Shown: one piece after another, positions 27,601 to 34,793 of the stretch
How positions within the stretch are numbered: the first letter of the stretch is position 1
Layout of the letters: each line of letters starts with the position of its first letter
DNA from: an uncultured Candidatus Saccharibacteria bacterium
GTDB lineage: Bacteria; Patescibacteriota; Minisyncoccia; Phycocordibacterales; UBA5272
DNA: 64,000 bases
NCBI GenBank assembly: GCA_964546555.1
Contig: CAZJJX010000005.1
Span: forward strand, 5,304 to 69,303
Direction: 5' to 3'
Position numbers and translations under genes: made by a program
Notes under the pieces: generated by a model
The model's database searches: none
Seen by the model: the letters and a program-made list of their open reading frames with translations, nothing else
Told to the model about the DNA's origin: nothing

Positions 27601-30139
27601 TACCCAAGATGAAGCTTCTGTACTTCAGATCTTCGGATCTTCAACGATCGTGAACTCAACAACATCAGGAACTGTAGTTATTAACTCATCACTCCTTAAT
27701 GCTGACCTTACATCGTGTACTGTTGATTCTGCTTTTGTAAAAAATTACACTGCATCACATTGTTCAATTACTACAACCATAGTAGACCCTCCTGCTGGAT
27801 TAAATGATCTTACAGGCACAAACGCTACAACGTCACAAATATATGTATCTGACGTTACCTATTCAAATGTTGTTGATAGCTATGTTGCAACTTCAACAAT
27901 CACAAACTCAACACTTACAGAGGCAACCTCAACTAACTCAACGATTGCAACATCAACGCTACAAGATAGTGTAGTTGACGGAAGCACTATTACAACAAGC
28001 ATAACTACAGATAGCACAATTGCTGACTCAACACTGACTGGTAGCATAGTCTCTAGTTCAACACTTGTAGCTACAATTAGCAACTCAAACACTATAATAG
28101 AAAGCACCACTGCGTCATCAACAATTGTAGAGTCAATTGTTGCAACAAGTACTATTAACACCAGCACCATAGCTTCGTCTACAGTTGGAAACACATCTCT
28201 CACTGATGCTATAATTACAAGCTCTGCAGTAGACTCTTCTATACTTTCTACAAGCACAACTACAAACTCAGAAGTTCTCACGAGCACAACTACAGGAAGT
28301 GTATTTACTAACAGTGTCGTAACAGATAGCACTATTGCATCATCAACAATTGATACATCTCTTGTTGTGACTTCAACAATAACAGAAGGCACAGTCGCAA
28401 CATCTACGGTAACCCAATCAAATATAACAGAAAGTATTGTTACAAATAGTACAACAACATCATCGACAATAGATTCAAGCACTGTTGCATCTTCAGCGAT
28501 AGACACTTCAAGTGTTGCAAACACTACAACCACAGACTCAAGTATCACATCATCATTTATTGCAACTTCAACAATCACAAACGTTTCACTTAGTGAAGCA
28601 ACAACAACAAATAGCTCAATTGCTACATCTTCAATTGCACAATCAACCGTAGACACATCTTCTATTACAAACTCTACGATTGCATCAAGTACACTTGCAG
28701 TAAGCACAAGCACTGATTCAACAATTCTAAATAGTACCACCGAGCAAACATCACTTACTAACAGTACAAGCACCGATTCTGCAATCCAAAATTCTTCTAT
28801 TACTTCAACATCTATCGCTTCATCTACGGTTGCAACATCAACTGTTACAGGAAGTCTAGTCACTGACAGTACTGTTTCATCCTCAACAGTAGATATAACC
28901 ACCCTAGCAGCATCAACAGTACAAGGAAGCTCTATCGCAACAAGCACACTAGTAGAAACTCAAGCAACAAATACATCTATAACATTATCTACCATTACTA
29001 CAAGTACAGTAGCAACTTCAACAATAGATACAAGTATAATTGCATCTTCAACAGTACAGAACTCATCGATAGTTGCGTCATCAACTATCACAAACTCCAC
29101 CTTAGACACAAGTTCTGTTTTAGGTACCACACTTACAAGTAGTACACTTACAGAAGCATCGACAACAAGTAGTGCACTTACTAACACAACTATCACAAAC
29201 TCAACAGTAGACACAATTAATGCATCATCTTCAACGATCGCTTCTTCTACGCTTTCAAACAGCACAATCATTGACACAATACTATCAAATGTAATCGCAG
29301 CAAGTAGTTCTCTTATAAATGTTTCACTAACTGACACAACAATAACTGACAGTACCCTTGTAAACGCTACAACAACCAACACAACAATCACTAACTCAAC
29401 CCTCCAAAATGCAGTTATCACAAATGGTACTGTTCTTAATGGATCTATACTTAATGGCACTCTCTTTACAAATGGCACAACAACTACAATCACTTCAACA
29501 ACAACACTACAAGATGTCATCAACTATACACCGACTGCACAGTATGCTGTAAGCACTCAGGGTCTTACCGCAACCTTCACAGATGCAAGTACTGATCCAA
29601 ATAGCACAAGCGCACTTCATGATATCTGGACATACATTTGGGATTTTGGTGACGGAACTCGTGCTACAACAACGACCTCGACTCTTGGCGGTACCCAATT
29701 ACATACATACTCACTTGCTGGTATCTACACCTCAATACTTACCCTCTTTGATGGTGCATCAAATAGCTCAGCTCAATCAAAGCAAGTCCAAGTGACAGCA
29801 CCTGCCCCAGTAGTACCTATAAGTTCTGGTGGAGGTGGAAGTTACAGTATCTCAGGAGGAGGGTACTTTGTTAACTCAGTCGTTGCTAGTACAAAACAAA
29901 TCCCAACCGTAAATGCTATCCAAGAAGCGCCTATTGCGACAACTCCAACAAAACTCCAAACTTCAACAACAACACAAAAAGTTTCAACACAAAAGGTAAC
30001 TCCTAAGAAAAAGGTGACCTACAAAAAAGCTCCTACTCCACTAAAAACTGTTAAGGTAAAAAATGCAGAAAAGACAGTTAGTGAACCTACGTCACTATGG
30101 AACAAGGTAGTCACATTCTTCAAGAAAATTCTCCCTTAA
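24656..30139 (+). CDS. giant (1827 aa) surface protein: HYR-like + 10x DUF5011-type Ig-like repeats + Ser/Thr pentad solenoid + PKD
   Basis: It has an N-terminal TM/signal. An HYR-like stretch reads VTCSKNSGAIFPIGTTTVICSA. Ten ~79-aa repeats follow the pattern APxITLxGxxxxxIxxGxxYxExGATxxDNxD...GTYTxTYxAxDxxGNxA. A PKD motif (WDFGDGT) and a Lys-rich C-terminal tail complete it. Confidence 0.85.
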   Translation: MSQEKSIFNTYFTCTSILRSVGLFVLFISLFITSPVIELIKDNNHTSSVFAVFAESDGGSGGDAGAEGGMGGDANNTSAYSVAFSQTPTITLSSTNINGIAVYFTPPIATLLISGSAVDYLPVTCSKNSGAIFPIGTTTVICSANNYYTGETVSTSYSVVVTYLDQIAPTITLIGSSTLTISQGSTYIDAGATAMDNYDGNITSKLLQTGSVNTSILGTYTLSYNVKDNANNQATTRTRIVTVADLTAPTLTLIGSTTTTIEAGSVYVDAGATAHDGINGDISGTITGTSTLNRFTPGIYTITYFVTDASGNSATPVVRTVVVVDTQAPVITLNGTLTQTVAVGAPYIELGATVTDIVDGGLTPQIDSSAVTTNIVGTYTVTYRATDTHGNAALPVTRTVFVVDVSSPTISLNGSSTLTINVGSPYIELGATVNDNYALGLLASASGTVNTNTVGSYIITYNATDTSGNRATPVIRTIFVVDTQNPVVTLNGSSTLTINVGSPYIELGAIVSDNYDQNIHAVISSSTVDTQRLGSYFVTYTATDTSGNPATLVTRTVRVIDSQSPVITLVGSSTISIPVKTPYGELGATVSDNYDVGLVASSSGSVNTSIVGLYTITYFAIDSSSNAALPVIRTVAVIDNQVPVITLNGTSTQIIEVGSPYTELGATVVDNYDATFSATANSASVNTANVGTYTVTYTATDSNGNNATPITRTVIVTDTQAPQITLLGSNPQIITLGAPYAELGSVVTDNLDSGLVSTVNSASLNTAVPGTYSVLYSVADSSGNTATATRTVNVVDTTPPLITLNGSSTITLFVGDTYTELGAVAVDAVDGTTTVVIAGNVDTSVVGTTTILYSTVDQAGNGATSTRDVIVSAVIVPPVVDTVPPVITLNGSSTITLFVGDTYTELGAVAVDAVDGTTTVSIVGTVDTSVIGTYTIVYSSTDIAGNTGTATRTIDVVAVPPTSIVTILNSTINGVYYISLRPTQDEASVLQIFGSSTIVNSTTSGTVVINSSLLNADLTSCTVDSAFVKNYTASHCSITTTIVDPPAGLNDLTGTNATTSQIYVSDVTYSNVVDSYVATSTITNSTLTEATSTNSTIATSTLQDSVVDGSTITTSITTDSTIADSTLTGSIVSSSTLVATISNSNTIIESTTASSTIVESIVATSTINTSTIASSTVGNTSLTDAIITSSAVDSSILSTSTTTNSEVLTSTTTGSVFTNSVVTDSTIASSTIDTSLVVTSTITEGTVATSTVTQSNITESIVTNSTTTSSTIDSSTVASSAIDTSSVANTTTTDSSITSSFIATSTITNVSLSEATTTNSSIATSSIAQSTVDTSSITNSTIASSTLAVSTSTDSTILNSTTEQTSLTNSTSTDSAIQNSSITSTSIASSTVATSTVTGSLVTDSTVSSSTVDITTLAASTVQGSSIATSTLVETQATNTSITLSTITTSTVATSTIDTSIIASSTVQNSSIVASSTITNSTLDTSSVLGTTLTSSTLTEASTTSSALTNTTITNSTVDTINASSSTIASSTLSNSTIIDTILSNVIAASSSLINVSLTDTTITDSTLVNATTTNTTITNSTLQNAVITNGTVLNGSILNGTLFTNGTTTTITSTTTLQDVINYTPTAQYAVSTQGLTATFTDASTDPNSTSALHDIWTYIWDFGDGTRATTTTSTLGGTQLHTYSLAGIYTSILTLFDGASNSSAQSKQVQVTAPAPVVPISSGGGGSYSISGGGYFVNSVVASTKQIPTVNAIQEAPIATTPTKLQTSTTTQKVSTQKVTPKKKVTYKKAPTPLKTVKVKNAEKTVSEPTSLWNKVVTFFKKILP
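25151..27530 (+). repeat. ten tandem ~237-nt coding repeats (DUF5011-type Ig-like domains)
   Basis: The protein-level repeat is listed above. Some units share exact DNA blocks: 27057-27159 equals 27312-27414, and 25895-25949 matches 26129-26183 at 53 of 55 positions. Confidence 0.85.
27878..29476 (+). repeat. 106 consecutive Ser/Thr-rich pentad repeats (pentapeptide-repeat-like)
   Basis: My manual phasing gives SYVAT STITN STLTE ATSTN STIAT STLQD ... NGTVL NGSIL NGTLF. An aliphatic residue recurs every 5th position, with one register slip near pentad 80. Confidence 0.8.
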
Positions 30140-30154
30140 CTAATTGCGGATAGT

Positions 30155-30182
30155 AAAAAAGGCACCTTACGGCGCCTCTTTT
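30155..30182. terminator. putative terminator between convergent genes
   Basis: Imperfect hairpin aaaaaaggcacc-ttac-ggcgcctctttt, with one A/C mismatch. Confidence 0.4.
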
Positions 30183-30186
30183 ACTT

Positions 30187-30360
30187 CTACTCCTTCTCTT
30201 CTTGAATCACTTTTGGAACAATATCTATAACCTCAGTGCTTGGAAGAATATTCTCCATATCCCCTATTTGTGTTTCATTAAGATCCTTACTTACTTCTCC
30301 TTGTAATTCATTTTGCAAATTTTTTTCTTCTTTTTCTTCTGTATTCATATCAAGTATCAT
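30187..30360 (-). CDS. possible small acidic protein (57 aa)
   Basis: My own translation gives MILDMNTEEKEEKNLQNELQGEVSKDLNETQIGDMENILPSTEVIDIVPKVIQEEKE. It is below the track's size cut-off and has no clear SD. Confidence 0.25.
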   Translation of the reverse strand: MILDMNTEEKEEKNLQNELQGEVSKDLNETQIGDMENILPSTEVIDIVPKVIQEEKE

Positions 30361-30393
30361 CTATCCAATAAACCTACAACCTAATTATACCAA

Positions 30394-30849
30394 TTACCCT
30401 TCATCGCATCTACTGCGGGCTTTGTGCTCAAGAGTCTCAAGATCACGCTTCATTTCAAGAATTACTCCAAGCACTTTTTCAATATCTGCCTTTTCCATAT
30501 CGACATCATTAAGCGTTTTTTCAATCACTTTCTTATCATGCTTAATACCAGACATAATGATAGAATCACCAATAAAAACAGATACGAAAAGCCCAGTAGC
30601 AAGTAAGAGAATAACAGAAAGCACAAGACATCCAAGTGGTGAAAAAATATACCCAAGAAGCGGCGAACTATTTTCTAAAGCATCTGCTAAATGCCACACG
30701 CCTCGCCAGAAGAGCACAACACCTGTCCCACCAATAAAAGTATAAATAAATGGATGTCTTGAAAGTCGTGCACGAATCCTGTCTTCCATCTTATCAAACA
30801 GATAGTCGATACTGTGAAATAGTTTCATATAGTTACGAGTATAATCCAT
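30394..30849 (-). CDS. membrane protein with C-terminal coiled-coil, unknown function
   Basis: MDYTRNYMKLF...FIGGTGVVLFWRGVWHLAD... contains 2 TM spans. I prefer it over the overlapping Ser-rich plus-strand ORF. Confidence 0.55.
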   Translation of the reverse strand: MDYTRNYMKLFHSIDYLFDKMEDRIRARLSRHPFIYTFIGGTGVVLFWRGVWHLADALENSSPLLGYIFSPLGCLVLSVILLLATGLFVSVFIGDSIIMSGIKHDKKVIEKTLNDVDMEKADIEKVLGVILEMKRDLETLEHKARSRCDEG

Positions 30850-31111
30850 AATAGTGCGTAAATAAAAGGCACAAAACAAGCCTTATCTACCCCCTTTTCT
30901 CCTAAACAAAAATATGGTAGTATTAGAGTCACATTCACTAGAAAGCTCTCCAAACAAGAGAGCCGCTATTGAAAAATGTGCCCGGTAAACATAAACCCTT
31001 AGTTCATGTGGCACAAGGCGAAAGCCAAAAATAAATACAGCCGTCGATTTCTGCAAGACCTGTATTTGAACTACAAGCTATGGCTTCTGTGTAGTTACAA
31101 AAAAATAATAA

Positions 31112-31184
31112 GGGCCCTTAGCTCATATGGTAGAGCGCCGGTTTTGCACTCCGGAGGTGAGGAGTTCGATTCTCCTAGGGTCCA
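31112..31184 (+). tRNA. tRNA-Ala (anticodon UGC)
   Basis: Hand-folded as a 73-nt cloverleaf. The acceptor GGGCCCT/AGGGTCC carries the G3:U70 alanine identity pair. The anticodon loop is TTTGCAC and the T-loop is TTCGATT. CCA is not encoded. Confidence 0.95.
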
Positions 31185-31190
31185 CAAAAT

Positions 31191-31228
31191 CAAAACAACC
31201 AGACTTCTTGTCTGGTTGTTTTGATTTT
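31191..31228 (+). terminator. rho-independent terminator after tRNA-Ala
   Basis: A 14-bp stem, caaaacaaccagac-ttctt-gtctggttgttttg, is followed by atttt. Confidence 0.85.
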
Positions 31229-31379
31229 AGTGGGCACGTACAGAAAGTGACCTGCGTCACTTTCGGGAGAATCGAATATGGGGTCGCGGAACCACTTCGA
31301 CAAGCTTGCGAGAAGGAGCACCATGACCGATTCTCCTAGCGATTGCACCGCGTAGTTGAATTCGCCAAAAACAATAATA

Positions 31380-31408
31380 TTGACAAATACCATAAATGTT
31401 GTTATACT
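31380..31408 (+). promoter_or_regulatory. near-consensus sigma70-type promoter TTGACA-17-TATACT
   Basis: ttgaca at 31380-31385, a 17-nt spacer, and tatact at 31403-31408. TAGGAGGG precedes ATG 31440. Confidence 0.6.
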
Positions 31409-31439
31409 GTATAGGTTCATTCACTTTTTAGGAGGGCTT

Positions 31440-31670
31440 ATGTTGAAAAGTCTCGGAAACGCACTCATCGATTTCGTGTGCGCAACAGCCAAAATCTTCG
31501 GGTGGACAACAGGGATAATCCTTGCTGTTTGGTTCTGGATTGACCCTGTCCACATAAGCACCGTGCTAAAGACGGTTGCCCGCAACCTTCTGCCTGTTGC
31601 AATTCTTTTTATGATTACATGGGTAGTGCTGACCACGCACAAAAAGAACAACAATGAGAATAAGGGGTAA
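31440..31670 (+). CDS. small 2-TM membrane protein (76 aa)
   Basis: I trimmed the start to ATG 31440, which is preceded by an SD (aGGAGGg). MLKSLGNALIDFVCATAKIFGWTTGIILAVWFW... Confidence 0.55.
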   Translation: MLKSLGNALIDFVCATAKIFGWTTGIILAVWFWIDPVHISTVLKTVARNLLPVAILFMITWVVLTTHKKNNNENKG

Positions 31671-31857
31671 AAACCCATCAACCTGCTTCACGCTTTGGTG
31701 TGGGGGTTTTTGTTGTATTACAACATGGACATCAAATATCAAAAAAACAAGAAACTATTTTTTAAAAAATCTCCCAGATCATATATTGACAACCATCCCC
31801 TTTTTGTACGAGAATAGTTAAAGTTGTACCCTCGTCTAGTAACCCAAGAAGGAGAAG

Positions 31858-32310
31858 ATGATGCTCACACTCCCTACACATATTGAAGGCTGGGTTTCCC
31901 TTGTGCAAGAAGGTGAAAAGCGTTCGAAGATCCCACTTAGCGAAGAAGAAGAGAGCTACACGGTTTTTATGCTTATGCGCAATGTCACCAACACACAACT
32001 CTTTGAAGATCCTGTAGCGATTATTTTGCTTCATGGATTGACATATAGTGCTGGCGAACATGCACAAGCACTTCATTCAGGAAAAGCAGGTGATGTTGCG
32101 CTTATCATTGCTGGACTCTACCCTGACTACAGAGCGCGCGGATCTGTGTCAGACACATACTTCACAGATATGAGTAAGATTGCCTACACATATGCAGCTC
32201 ACACTCTTGCGCGAATGAAAAAATACAGTGACTCCTACACGTATGCAACAATAGCTCAAGCTGTTCCCAAAATTAAGCGAGTACTGTCATCTGCACGAGA
32301 CTGTAGATAA
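31858..32310 (+). CDS. hypothetical protein (150 aa, orphan)
   Basis: AAGGAG lies 4 nt upstream of ATGATG and TTGACA sits at 31786-31791. A strong terminator follows. Confidence 0.55.
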   Translation: MMLTLPTHIEGWVSLVQEGEKRSKIPLSEEEESYTVFMLMRNVTNTQLFEDPVAIILLHGLTYSAGEHAQALHSGKAGDVALIIAGLYPDYRARGSVSDTYFTDMSKIAYTYAAHTLARMKKYSDSYTYATIAQAVPKIKRVLSSARDCR

Positions 32311-32316
32311 AGCACA

Positions 32317-32346
32317 AGCCCCAAGGTTTACCTTGGGGCTTTTGTA
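32317..32346 (+). terminator. rho-independent terminator
   Basis: Hairpin is agccccaagg-ttta-ccttggggct, followed by tttgtatt. Confidence 0.8.
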
Positions 32347-32453
32347 TTCTATGCTCATATATGCTCAAAAAAAGAAAAACCGCCAGAGGTCTTGCGACAT
32401 GACGGGTAAAGCAGTAGATCTATATGGTCCAGTTGACGGCTTATTGTGTAGGC

Positions 32454-33350
32454 TTAGTATTCGGCACAGTCTTCGTAACCAGGGTATTCACCGCGTGCCG
32501 CACGCTCTGCCTCGCATGCATGGCACCGGTCACCCGTTGCAGGATGATCATGCTCGACTCCCTGCTCGGCGGTCAGTCGCTTAAAATCCTCCCACCAACT
32601 TGGTGTATTAAGCCGGTAAGAGATGTTATGAACGAACTTCGCATCACTCATCGAGAGATACATCCCTCGATGAGTGACTGTGAGGCGTTCGCCCGAAGGA
32701 AACATCACACCGCCAGAGAACATCCCGTGAGCAGGGTGCGGTGGACGCATGTCCTCCTTTCCCCAATCCGGGATTTTGCAGTTTTCGACGAATGCTTGCA
32801 CGTTGTCAAACAATACGAGTCGCGCGATCGCCCAGTACTTGTCTGGGTAATCTGCGGTGACAAGCTTCCGACCGAGCTCTTCCTCGGTGAGCGTCGTACC
32901 ATTCAGCACGATATCCACCAAGAGCTTGAACTCGGGACTGCAGTCGAACCAGCGCTTGAAGCGCTTGCCCTTCGATGTGTCGATGACCTCACCCCCGATG
33001 AGCGAATCAATCTCCGGCTTATCAAAGCTGCCGATGTGGTTGCCCCAGTTGCTCCAGTCCATCGTCAGATCAATGTCACAGTCAAGGCCGTGATTACTGT
33101 CCTTCTGGAAGTAAATTCCATCGTCCGTGAAGCCAAAATAGTGGCGCCACGCGACGCGAGATCGCAGACGATCCTTTTCGGGGATATCAGCAGGTCTGTT
33201 TGATTTCACGTTGTAGGCAACATGCCCATCATCTCGATAAACCGTAACCGAAAGGACATCTTCCGGCTCTCGTGCAATGACGCGACCAACTCGGGCGAAG
33301 GTGAGCTTCTCCCAGAATTGCCGCAATGTTGCAACAGCTTCTGCGCTCAT
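32454..33350 (-). CDS. hypothetical protein (298 aa), compositionally foreign (GC-rich)
   Basis: AAGGAG lies 5 nt upstream of the ATG. G+C is about 56% in the sample 32881-32980. I recognise no family. The antisense ORF 32424..33203 is a GC artefact. Confidence 0.65.
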   Translation of the reverse strand: MSAEAVATLRQFWEKLTFARVGRVIAREPEDVLSVTVYRDDGHVAYNVKSNRPADIPEKDRLRSRVAWRHYFGFTDDGIYFQKDSNHGLDCDIDLTMDWSNWGNHIGSFDKPEIDSLIGGEVIDTSKGKRFKRWFDCSPEFKLLVDIVLNGTTLTEEELGRKLVTADYPDKYWAIARLVLFDNVQAFVENCKIPDWGKEDMRPPHPAHGMFSGGVMFPSGERLTVTHRGMYLSMSDAKFVHNISYRLNTPSWWEDFKRLTAEQGVEHDHPATGDRCHACEAERAARGEYPGYEDCAEY

Positions 33351-33392
33351 AATTTCTCCTTAAGGATTTACTAGAGGGTTCAAACAAAGTTT

Positions 33393-33453
33393 GTTTACCA
33401 TAGCTTTAAATTTTCAATTACTAAGAAGTGTAAAACTTAAAGCTATGGTAAAC
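33393..33453. repeat. perfect 17-bp inverted repeat with 27-nt spacer in divergent intergenic region
   Basis: gtttaccatagctttaa (33393-33409) pairs with ttaaagctatggtaaac (33437-33453). The palindrome aaacaaa-g-tttgttt sits at 33382-33396. Confidence 0.9.
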
Positions 33454-33531
33454 GCAAAGTAAGTACTGTAAAGAACTATCTAGTATTAGATAATATTTTA
33501 AAATAAAGTCAATGTATACACATTGAAGTAC

Positions 33532-33560
33532 TTGCTATAACTAAATTTTTATTGTATAAT
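33532..33560 (+). promoter_or_regulatory. sigma70-type promoter TTGCTA-17-TATAAT
   Basis: ttgcta at 33532-33537, a 17-nt spacer, and tataat at 33555-33560. AAGGAG at 33578-33583 lies 6 nt before ATG 33590. Confidence 0.6.
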
Positions 33561-33589
33561 AAAAACAGGGCTTAACAAAGGAGAAGAGT

Positions 33590-34642
33590 ATGCTCTTGTG
33601 TTTGTATGACAAGTACTTTAAAATCATTTCCTTCCTACTTACTCACTTTGGAGGGAGAGCGAAAAAACAAAAAAAGGAAGCAATGGGATGGTGTATTACA
33701 GCACTGAGCAAGAATAGTCCTAAATGCCTTGAATACATGAGGCGAGACTTGCGCGACGCTGATTGCACAATGATTCACATTGGAGTGACTCATTCCATGC
33801 TCAACACCATTCTTCAAGAATTTTACAAGCGTGAGATGAGGAAGCTGCAAGACCTGACCTACCCTTTCACCCAATTAGACTTAAGATGGATAGATGAGCT
33901 TCGTAAATCCTTAACTGACTATGGGTGGACACTGTCAGATATCGGGATTTCCGAAAATGATTTCAAGCGAGCAAGGTCATATTACTATTTTAGAAAAGCC
34001 AGTCGACATTTGGAAAACGCTCGTCATCCGATTCAAGAAAGAGATACCAGTTTGGACGTGTTCTTTTCGATGTTACGAGGAGTAGCCAAAGGATCTTCTG
34101 AGACCATTGATCCTGATCTTCTGCCTGCTGTCTCCCGTGAACTACCTCGTATTAATGTCTTAGTCGACTTAGAAATCAGGTTCATGCGCGAAGCTTTGGA
34201 AGAAGGTGAAGTATCTCTTGCTGACATAGGAACCAATGAAGAAGAAGTGGGGACGATGCTACATGACTACCACAGGCATAGAGCAATTGAGTCACTGAAA
34301 TTCGCACGAATCAATACCAGCATCAGTTTCTCCAATCTAGAAGACATGAGAGAACACTTGAGTAAGGCCGGGATGACGCTTGCTGAAATTGGAACTTCAG
34401 AAGAAGAAGCTAGACAGCTTACCTGCACAAGCTATAAAGAGAACGCCTTATACTGGATAGAATCAGCCAAAAGAGGCGAATTGACTCCTGAAGGCTTGCA
34501 AATAACCCTCAAAGATATACAGAAAAACTTTCAGAAAAGCGGACTAACTTTCCTCGACATCGAAATGTCAGAAGCCGAGATTGAAAAGCTATTTGGAAAG
34601 TCAGAAACCGAAGACACAAAACTTAACAATTACAGCAACTAA
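33590..34642 (+). CDS. hypothetical protein with four internal helical repeats (350 aa)
   Basis: The repeats are centred on GWTLSDIGISENDF, EVSLADIGTNEEEV, GMTLAEIGTSEEEA and GLTFLDIEMSEAEI. Confidence 0.6.
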   Translation: MLLCLYDKYFKIISFLLTHFGGRAKKQKKEAMGWCITALSKNSPKCLEYMRRDLRDADCTMIHIGVTHSMLNTILQEFYKREMRKLQDLTYPFTQLDLRWIDELRKSLTDYGWTLSDIGISENDFKRARSYYYFRKASRHLENARHPIQERDTSLDVFFSMLRGVAKGSSETIDPDLLPAVSRELPRINVLVDLEIRFMREALEEGEVSLADIGTNEEEVGTMLHDYHRHRAIESLKFARINTSISFSNLEDMREHLSKAGMTLAEIGTSEEEARQLTCTSYKENALYWIESAKRGELTPEGLQITLKDIQKNFQKSGLTFLDIEMSEAEIEKLFGKSETEDTKLNNYSN

Positions 34643-34689
34643 TAGACGGAATAACATTCTGACGAACCTGATGCCGCTACTTACACCAG

Positions 34690-34716
34690 ACCGCTTGCTC
34701 GCAGGCGGTTTTTTTA
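34690..34716 (+). terminator. rho-independent terminator
   Basis: Hairpin is accgctt-gctcgc-aggcggt, followed by seven T. Confidence 0.7.
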
Positions 34717-34740
34717 TAATTCACACGCAAGGTTTCCTGT

Positions 34741-34775
34741 ATATAAAAACCCAACCGCATTTCTGCAGTTGGGTA
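34741..34775 (-). terminator. rho-independent terminator (minus strand)
   Basis: The minus strand reads acccaac-tgcagaaatgcg-gttgggt, followed by ttttatat. Confidence 0.7.
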
Positions 34776-34793
34776 CCACACTGGTAACTGTGC

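Noticed and set aside
26872-29523. Long minus-strand ORFs (26872-27453, 27880-28947, 28960-29523) antisense to the giant adhesin gene
   Set aside because: Their products are V/S/T/D low-complexity mirror images of the sense repeats. The codon-biased ACN/TCN/ATN repeats simply lack stop codons on the opposite strand. The sense ORF is continuous for 1827 codons with recognisable domains.
30236-30745. 169-aa Ser/Phe/Ile-rich plus-strand ORF
   Set aside because: Its composition is low-complexity and its start is GTG without an RBS. It overlaps the more protein-like minus-strand membrane-protein ORF 30394-30849.
30862-30925. Possible yybP-ykoY (Mn2+) or other riboswitch upstream of the membrane-protein gene, based on aaaagggggtagat on the minus strand
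   Set aside because: Only a short resemblance to the GGGGAGUAG core is present. The other conserved segments are not, and the motif overlaps the hairpin rather than lying at the 5' end of an aptamer.
32424-33203. 259-aa plus-strand ORF overlapping the GC-rich gene
   Set aside because: It is a typical stop-poor antisense frame of a GC-rich CDS. It has no SD. The minus-strand ORF has AAGGAG 5 nt from its ATG and is longer.
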